Shown piece by piece: positions 26,844 to 32,000 of a stretch of DNA of 32,000 nt; positions within the stretch are counted from its first letter, which is position 1, and each line of letters begins with the position of its first letter. Location of the stretch: NCBI GenBank assembly GCA_964536865.1, contig CAZHYN010000012.1, positions 15,093 to 47,092 of the forward strand, read 5' to 3'. Below the pieces are notes generated by a model. That model had not been told where the DNA came from, searched no databases, and was given only the letters and a program-made list of their open reading frames with translations. The stretch comes from an uncultured Planctomycetia bacterium. Its GTDB lineage: Bacteria; Omnitrophota; Gorgyraeia; Duberdicusellales; 4484-171. Both the position numbers and the translations under genes were made by a program.

Positions 26844-28496
26844 ATGAAGACAAAAAACAAAAATTGGGGTACAAAATTCATAGTATTAGTTGTTATATAC
26901 TTTTTGATTGGTATAGGCAAATTTGATTTTGTTTTTGCTGAAGATAAATCTCTGAGTTCTACAATTTGTGCGGTTTATTTTACTTACATTGGTTGTCCTA
27001 ATTGTGCTAGTGTTGACCCTCTTGTTTTAATCGAATGGCCAGAAAAATACCCAAACTTAGTCATTATTGAATATATGTGGAGAGGTGGAGATTGGCGAGA
27101 CCCAAACTCCCAATATTTTGGAAAATTTGCTTCTGTATATAAAATTCACTCTGCTGTTCCTCAACTAGTTTTTGATAAAGACAATATTAGATTAGGAAGG
27201 CTTAATGTTCCCAAAGCAGAAGATGATATTAAAAGTTTAAGTTCAAATCCTTGTCCTCTAATAAATAAAAATGTATTCTGGGAAAATCTCAATTTAAATG
27301 AGTTAAAAGCTAAACCAAAAATCTGGGCTAATGGAAGAATTTTAATTAAATTAAATAAAAATGAATGGCTCTTTCAATGGAATGGAGAAAATCCTCCAGA
27401 GACAACAAAAAAAGAAAAATTTAGTCAGAAAGAATTAAAAGAACTTCTTTTTACTGAAAATCTTTCTGAGAAATTGAAAAATAAAATATTTGACGTTGCT
27501 AAACCCCAAAAAGCTAAGTTTTCAGGAGTTGCCTTTCCAGGTTCAGGAATCATTCCTTATGCCGAATTTGAAAATGCAATAAAAATAAAAATTACAGAAA
27601 AACCGGCAGAATCCAAAATAAGTTATCAGGCAGTAAAAAAGAAGCAAACAGTTGAAGAAATTGAAATACCTATAGTTGGTAAAATAAAAACGGGTAAATT
27701 TTCTTTACCTGCTTTAACCACCCTTTTAGGTATCGTTGATGGTTTAACTAATCCTTGCGGTTTTTTTGTAATATTTTTTCTCTTGTCTGCTTTAATAAGC
27801 TTGGCAGGAGCGAGAAAGAAGATGATTTTGGTGGGAGGGACTTTTATATTCTTTTTTGCTCTTTACTATTTTTTATTTATGGCACTTCTACTTAATATAT
27901 TTATACTGGGAAGAAAAATTGCTCTTTTAACTACCATTGCTGGAGGAATATGTATTTTTGCTGGATTATTGAATGTCAAAGATTATTTTTTCTTCCAAAA
28001 AGGAATTTCTCTCTCTTTATCAAAAGGTAAAAAATTAAAGTTTGAGGAAAGAGTAAAAAATTTGAGTTTAACTAAATCTATTCCAGCTTTGATTGTAGGA
28101 ACAACCATCATAGCCAGTACAATAAGCTTGGTGGCAATTGCCTGTACTTTCGGTATTCCTTTAGCCTATACTAAAATTCTAACTTCAAAATCTTTGCCTT
28201 CTTTACAATATTATCTTTATCTGGTTTTCTATAACCTGATTTACATTATTCCAATGGCGATTATTGTTTTGATTTTTGCGATAACCCTGGGCAAGAAAAC
28301 ATTTAAAGAATTATGGATCAGAAGGCTAAAGCTTGTTTCTGGATTTATAATCTTATTTTTAGGATCTCTACTTTCTTGGAATTATGTTTTATTAGAAAAT
28401 ATTACTTTTATCTTTTGGCTCATAATCACAGCTGTTGTTCTTTCCGCATTAGTTATTTTGATTGATTCTCTTCGCAAAAGGAAATATGAACAATAA
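26844..28496 (+). CDS. Fusion membrane protein: signal anchor, thioredoxin-like CxxC domain, unknown ~150-aa domain, DsbD/CcdA-like multi-TM thiol-disulfide transporter domain
   Basis: N-terminal TM, then YFTYIGCPNCASVDP (CPNC codons 26994-27005). The C-terminal half has about 7 TM helices with Cys in GIVDGLTNPCGFF (27756-27758) and VAIACTFGIPL (28143-28145). That places them in the first and fourth core helices, as in CcdA/DsbD. The track start is TTG 26841; I use the adjacent ATG 26844. No SD is visible. Confidence 0.6.
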   Translation: MKTKNKNWGTKFIVLVVIYFLIGIGKFDFVFAEDKSLSSTICAVYFTYIGCPNCASVDPLVLIEWPEKYPNLVIIEYMWRGGDWRDPNSQYFGKFASVYKIHSAVPQLVFDKDNIRLGRLNVPKAEDDIKSLSSNPCPLINKNVFWENLNLNELKAKPKIWANGRILIKLNKNEWLFQWNGENPPETTKKEKFSQKELKELLFTENLSEKLKNKIFDVAKPQKAKFSGVAFPGSGIIPYAEFENAIKIKITEKPAESKISYQAVKKKQTVEEIEIPIVGKIKTGKFSLPALTTLLGIVDGLTNPCGFFVIFFLLSALISLAGARKKMILVGGTFIFFFALYYFLFMALLLNIFILGRKIALLTTIAGGICIFAGLLNVKDYFFFQKGISLSLSKGKKLKFEERVKNLSLTKSIPALIVGTTIIASTISLVAIACTFGIPLAYTKILTSKSLPSLQYYLYLVFYNLIYIIPMAIIVLIFAITLGKKTFKELWIRRLKLVSGFIILFLGSLLSWNYVLLENITFIFWLIITAVVLSALVILIDSLRKRKYEQ

Positions 28497-29292
28497 GAAA
28501 TGCTTAGGAGTAAAATCAAAGTTTTTTGTTTCACAGATGGAAATTGATGAATTAAACAAACAGATAAAAGAATGTAAAAGATGCAGGTTATCTCAAACAA
28601 GAATAAATGCTATCTGTGGAGAAGGAAACCTGAATGCTAAAATTATGTTAATTGCTCAGGCACCAGGAGAAAAAGAAGATAGAGTTGGAAGGATGTTTGT
28701 TGGTCCTTCAGGAAAAGTGTTAGAGGAATTACTAAACAAAGCAGGAATTAAAAGGGATGAAATTTATATGACAAATCTAATTAAATGTATACTTCCCAAA
28801 TACAGAAAGCCCAAAGAGGATGAAATTAAAGCTTGTAGTTATTACCTGAATGAAGAGATTAAATTGATAAATCCAAATATTTTAGTCCCCTTAGGTTATT
28901 ATGCTACCTGTTATATTTTTCAAAAGTATGAAATTCAGGTGCCTTCAAGGACAGAGTTTTCTTCAGTTTTTGGTAAACTTTTTTTAGCTGGAAATAAAAA
29001 AATACTGCCTCTTGCTCATCCTGCAGCTTGCCTTTATAATCCTGAACTTAAGCAAGATTTAATAAAAAGTTACAGAAAATTACAGGTGTTACTTAAAGAT
29101 TGTAAGTGGTATTCAGTTTGTCCAATGAAAAGATTTTATGAAGAAGGAAAGTTAGATAAAAAATGGATAGAATTATACTGTAAGGGAGATTGGGAAAGTT
29201 GTGTTCGTTATCAAATGGAAGAAGAAAATAAGTTTCATCCCGATTGGATGCTTCCTGATGGAAGTTTAGATGAAAAATATATTGGGGAATAG
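28486..29292 (+). CDS. Uracil-DNA glycosylase superfamily protein (family-4-like, 4Fe-4S type) with C-terminal 4-Cys extension
   Basis: Fe-S ligand pattern CKRC...C-x15-C (IKCILPKYRKPKEDEIKAC), F-x-G-x-SG (MFVGPSGKVL) and HPAA motif B. The start is chosen at ATG 28486 (AAGGA 5 nt upstream, 11-nt overlap with the upstream stop) rather than the track's 28462. The tail from 29101 reads CKWYSVCPMKRFYEEGKLDKKWIELYCKGDWESCVRYQ... Confidence 0.7.
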   Translation: MNNKKCLGVKSKFFVSQMEIDELNKQIKECKRCRLSQTRINAICGEGNLNAKIMLIAQAPGEKEDRVGRMFVGPSGKVLEELLNKAGIKRDEIYMTNLIKCILPKYRKPKEDEIKACSYYLNEEIKLINPNILVPLGYYATCYIFQKYEIQVPSRTEFSSVFGKLFLAGNKKILPLAHPAACLYNPELKQDLIKSYRKLQVLLKDCKWYSVCPMKRFYEEGKLDKKWIELYCKGDWESCVRYQMEEENKFHPDWMLPDGSLDEKYIGE

Positions 29293-29315
29293 AAAAATAA
29301 CTGAGGCTAATTAAT

Positions 29316-30098
29316 ATGAATCTTAAGTTCTTAACTTTAATTGGAATTTTAATTTTAGTAGGAGGACTTTGGTTTTTGGTTCAGGCTGAAGAAGAAAAAC
29401 CAGAGATAATTTTAATCTCTGTTTATGACAACTACCAGATAAATTCAGGACTTAAAACTGCCTGGGGCTTTGCTACTGTAATAAAAACTCCTTGTGAGTC
29501 AATACTTTTTGATACCGGAGGAAACTCAAAAATTTTGCTTTCCAATATGAAAAAATTAGGTATCGATCCTGCCTCAATCAAAAAAGTAGTTATCTCTCAC
29601 ATTCATGGCGATCATGTAGGAGGATTGGAGGGTTTTTTAGAAAAAAATAATGATGTTACAGTTTTTATTCCCAAATCATTTCCTCAGTCTGTTAAAAATA
29701 TGATAGTTCGGAAAGGAGCAAAATTTATAGAGGTCTCAGTCTCAAGAAAAATTTCTGATTTTATTTACACAACCGGCCAGCTTCTTGGCCCTCCCCAAGA
29801 GCAATCCTTAATTATTGATTCAAAAAAGGGACTGGTAGTTATTACAGGTTGTGCTCATCCTGGAATTGTGAATATTGTAAAGGAAGCTAAAAGAATGATG
29901 AAAAAAGATAAGGTATATTTGGTTGTAGGAGGGTTTCATCATCCTCCTATATCTTGCGTTAAAGAATTCAGAAAATTGCAGGTTGAAAAAGTTGCGCCAT
30001 CTCATTGCACAGGTGATTCAGTAAGAGAAGCTTTCAGAAAGGAATATAAGGGAAATTTTATTGAGTATGGAGTAGGAAAAATAATTGAAATTAAATAA
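29316..30098 (+). CDS. Secreted metallo-beta-lactamase-fold protein (COG1237-like)
   Basis: 260 aa with signal peptide MNLKFLTLIGILILVGGLWFLVQA, ILFDTGG and the HxHxDH motif (SHIHGDHVGG). A later His/Cys (GCAHPG, PSHCTG) is present. Confidence 0.7.
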   Translation: MNLKFLTLIGILILVGGLWFLVQAEEEKPEIILISVYDNYQINSGLKTAWGFATVIKTPCESILFDTGGNSKILLSNMKKLGIDPASIKKVVISHIHGDHVGGLEGFLEKNNDVTVFIPKSFPQSVKNMIVRKGAKFIEVSVSRKISDFIYTTGQLLGPPQEQSLIIDSKKGLVVITGCAHPGIVNIVKEAKRMMKKDKVYLVVGGFHHPPISCVKEFRKLQVEKVAPSHCTGDSVREAFRKEYKGNFIEYGVGKIIEIK

Positions 30099-30210
30099 AA
30101 TGTATTAATTTACACTATTTGATAAAATATTTCCAAAGGCTTAGAGGAGGTTTTTATCTGCAAATTGTTAAATCGTGGACAGTAATTTGGAAGGTGAAAG
30201 GAGGAAAGCA

Positions 30211-30876
30211 ATGCAGAATATAACAATAGTGGAGAAATATTTTAGAGCAAGATATTTATTTTTCAAGTGGCGTCACAGTTTAGCTTTTGTAAACAAAACT
30301 GCTTTGGCATTAGGAATGGCTTGTTTAACCGGACTTTTAGCTCAGATAAAAATATTTCTTCCCTGGACGCCTGTACCGATCACCACTCAAACTCTTGCCG
30401 TATTATTAGCTGGAGTTCTTCTTGGTAGAAGGTGGGGAGGAATAAGCCAAGCAATATATGTAGTAATGGGTGTAGCTGGTATTCCCTGGTTTGCTAATTT
30501 CAGTGGAGGATATAGTGTTCTTTTTGGTCCTACGGGAGGATATTTAATTGGTTTTATCTTAGCTGCCTTATTTATTGGCTATTTCACTGACAAATATATT
30601 AGAGCAAGAGATTTTCTTCCTATGTTTGGGTTAATGGTATTTGCAAATTTTGTCCTTATACATGGAGTGGGATTATTACAGTTAGGACTATGGTTTTACA
30701 TAACCAAGGCTACTGGATTAACTCTTTGGAAACTACTTGAGATGGGAACTATTCCATTCATTGTTGGAGACATAATTAAAATTGTGGTAGCCTCAGCATT
30801 AGCAAAAGCTATTATCCCTAAGGAATCTTACAATGGTGAAGTAGATGCCCATAGAGTAAATAGAGTAAAGAGATGA
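30211..30876 (+). CDS. bioY: Biotin transporter S-component BioY
   Basis: WTPVPITTQTLAVLLAGVLLGRRWG, GPTGGYLIGF and PFIVGDIIK, typical BioY motifs. I use ATG 30211 (AGGAGG 6 nt upstream) rather than the track's GTG 30175. Confidence 0.85.
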   Translation: MQNITIVEKYFRARYLFFKWRHSLAFVNKTALALGMACLTGLLAQIKIFLPWTPVPITTQTLAVLLAGVLLGRRWGGISQAIYVVMGVAGIPWFANFSGGYSVLFGPTGGYLIGFILAALFIGYFTDKYIRARDFLPMFGLMVFANFVLIHGVGLLQLGLWFYITKATGLTLWKLLEMGTIPFIVGDIIKIVVASALAKAIIPKESYNGEVDAHRVNRVKR

Positions 30877-31277
30877 AGGAGATTTTAAAAATTCGAGCTC
30901 ACCATCTTTTATGTATTCAAGGTTTTCAAGGATACGGTTATAACAAAGATTTCGTAAAGAATATGACTGAAGTTATTAAGAATATAGATTCAAATCCGGA
31001 AGTAGAAATAATTACTGAATGTGATATTATCTGTTCTTGCTGTCCTCACAATGTAGAAGGAGTGTGTCAGAAAGAATTTAATTCTGTTAAAAAAGCTAAA
31101 GATATGGATATACAAGTTTTAAGAAAACTGAATTTGAAAGATGGAACAAGAGGTAGAGTCAGGGATTTTCTTTTTTTTGTAAATACAAAACTTAAGAATA
31201 CTCTTGATGTTCAAGATATATGTGGCAAGTGTGAATGGAGAAAGAAATGTCTCTGGTTTATTTCACGCACTCAGTAA
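30873..31277 (+). CDS. DUF1284-like Cys-rich protein
   Basis: 134 aa. The N-terminal RAHHLLCIQGFQGYGY and CDIICSCCPH...C pattern matches my recollection of DUF1284. The ATG overlaps the bioY TGA (ATGA, 30873-30876). Confidence 0.65.
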   Translation: MKEILKIRAHHLLCIQGFQGYGYNKDFVKNMTEVIKNIDSNPEVEIITECDIICSCCPHNVEGVCQKEFNSVKKAKDMDIQVLRKLNLKDGTRGRVRDFLFFVNTKLKNTLDVQDICGKCEWRKKCLWFISRTQ

Positions 31278-31386
31278 GATGCCCACAACAGCAAATAACA
31301 CAAAGTTTGCGGCTTCCGTGCTTACACGCTTTCGTCTAAATCCTGCCAAGATGGGACTTCACATATCCCGGAACATCAGGCGCCAT

Positions 31387-31407
31387 TTTGCTTGGTGAGC
31401 AAATTTT
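31387..31407 (+). terminator. Weak candidate intrinsic terminator downstream of the bioY-DUF1284 pair
   Basis: TTTGCT (31387-31392), loop TGGTG, AGCAAA (31398-31403), then TTTT (31404-31407). The stem is short and AT-rich, so support is weak. Confidence 0.25.
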
Positions 31408-31567
31408 AAATATAACAAATAATGGTTTCAAAAAGGCAAAAGTAAAACAAATTCGTCTCCAACATATATCGAAAAAATAGAAAAGTTTCTCGAGTCCCAG
31501 AAAAACACGGATACACACTGGAAAGAACTCTGGAGGAAAATTTTAAAATGGTAGAAAATTAACATTG

Positions 31568-31896
31568 CTATTCTACCATATTTCGTAAAAGTATAGCAAT
31601 TAAAGGATTTCTCTTTGGATTCGGAATAATAACTTTTAAATCAAATATAAACTTACCAAGTGTCTGTCCCCACAATAATTCCGGTAGAAAGAAATATAAC
31701 ATGGAAACTATAAAATTTACATATCCCATAACAGCTTTTAGACCTTCTGGGGCAGGTTCTCTAACAACTCCTATAAAAAAACATAAATTCCAAAAATTCC
31801 GAAGTCAAAGAAGGCTGCCAGAAATCGCCTTATAATTGAATGCGTAACAATAACGCTTTTTTCATCAATTCGAAAAATACTAAAATCTCTTAACAT
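31568..31896 (-). pseudogene. RDD-family membrane protein gene interrupted by a frameshift in a T7 run
   Basis: Not in the ORF track because both pieces are under 60 aa. The minus strand from ATG 31896 reads MLRDFSIFRIDEKSVIVTHSIIRRFLAAFFDFGIFGIYVFL and stops at TAG (31773-31771). The -1 frame continues IGVVREPAPEGLKAVMGYVNFIVSMLYFFLPELLWGQTLGKFIFDLKVIIPNPKRNPLIAILLRNMVE to the stop at 31570-31568. RRF..A..D and GQTLGK..FDLKV are RDD-domain hallmarks. Confidence 0.55.
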
Positions 31897-31934
31897 TTTT
31901 TAATATTCTTTTAGGTCTGAACTTTATATAACGA

Positions 31935-32000
31935 TTCCGGCATATACGACGTTGCGGCTGAAGGGAGCAATGTCCCGAAGGGTAAGGGCAAAGCCCGCAG
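31935..32000. other. GC-rich (about 60%) segment truncated by the right window edge; nature unresolved
   Basis: 38 of the last 63 nt are G/C, against roughly one-third for the window. Local helices are GGGA/TCCC (31963-31966/31973-31976), GGGC/GCCC (31986-31989/31993-31996) and GCGGCT/AGC(C)CGC (31954-31959/31992-31998). All three minus-strand frames and two plus-strand frames are open here. Confidence 0.3.

Noticed and set aside
5064-29820. Short ORFs in the track lying antisense inside larger conserved genes: 5064-5267, 6343-6588, 8230-8538, 10834-11055, 13876-14082, 16541-16729, 16754-16975, 17801-18025, 19786-20070, 22478-22663, 23025-23222, 25809-26048, 28382-28600, 29820-30005.
   Set aside because: Each is fully embedded opposite a gene with clear family motifs. 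They have low-complexity Ser/Leu/Phe/Pro-rich translations typical of antisense reading of AT-rich CDSs and lack SD sequences. I found no independent support for any of them.
15365-30210. N-terminal extensions given by the ORF track: argH 15365-15391, small ORF 10324-10377, dapA 12000-12008, UDG 28462-28485, bioY 30175-30210.
   Set aside because: They begin at TTG/GTG or lack SDs, would create long overlaps with upstream genes, and add residues not seen in the respective families. Downstream starts with an SD or the family-typical N-terminus were preferred.
31204-31518. Track ORFs 31204-31398 (+, 64 aa) and 31336-31518 (-, 60 aa).
   Set aside because: The first overlaps the DUF1284 3' end out of frame. 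The second starts at GTG. Neither has an SD or a recognisable motif. They are probably open only because this patch is GC-richer, and are treated as non-coding or relic sequence (see finding).
31355-31955. 13/17-nt inverted similarity between 31355-31375 (reverse complement TTCCGGGATATGTGAAG) and 31935-31951 (TTCCGGCATATACGACG), bracketing the RDD pseudogene. A possible pair of mobile-element ends.
   Set aside because: It is too short and imperfect, similarity does not extend on either side, and no transposase lies between them.
31951-32000. Specific identities for the right-edge element: group II intron 5' end, glycine or c-di-GMP riboswitch, SRP or RNase P RNA fragment.
   Set aside because: Only loose resemblances exist (GTTGCG versus GUGYG; CCGAAGGGUAA versus the glycine-riboswitch core; GGGCAAAGCCC versus GEMM). 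None of the defining conserved blocks is present, the element is truncated, and coding explanations are equally viable.

Overview
Low-GC (about one-third GC by eye) bacterial chromosome segment, almost entirely housekeeping. Positions 1-26384 form one uninterrupted minus-strand block of 25 genes. It holds rplM-rpsI, a complete arginine pathway (argC-J-B-D-F-G ... argH) and a complete DapL-type lysine pathway (lysA-dapF-dapA-dapB-[small ORF]-dapL). It continues with folK-panC-nadX, uvrA, a large TPR protein and an exbB-exbD-(tonB-like) module. Many gene junctions overlap by 1-14 nt. The arg cluster is split by a two-gene module: a Cache/HAMP chemoreceptor and a secreted four-domain rhodanese carrying an internal ~0.82-kb tandem duplication. 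After a 456-bp divergent intergenic region, a plus-strand block (26844-31277) encodes five proteins: a thioredoxin-like/DsbD-like fusion membrane protein, an atypical Fe-S family-4-like UDG with a 4-Cys tail, a secreted MBL-fold protein, BioY and a DUF1284-like protein. The right end (31278-32000) is ORF-poor. It contains GC-rich patches, a frameshifted RDD-family gene that the ORF track misses, and a ~60% GC segment cut by the window edge. I see no rRNA, tRNA, CRISPR array, intact transposase/integrase or recognisable defence system, and nothing here can be claimed as a new system from sequence alone. The most unusual items are the poly-rhodanese module, the redox/UDG gene pair, the bioY-DUF1284 coupling and the decayed right end. 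All family calls come from motif recognition by eye; no database search was run.
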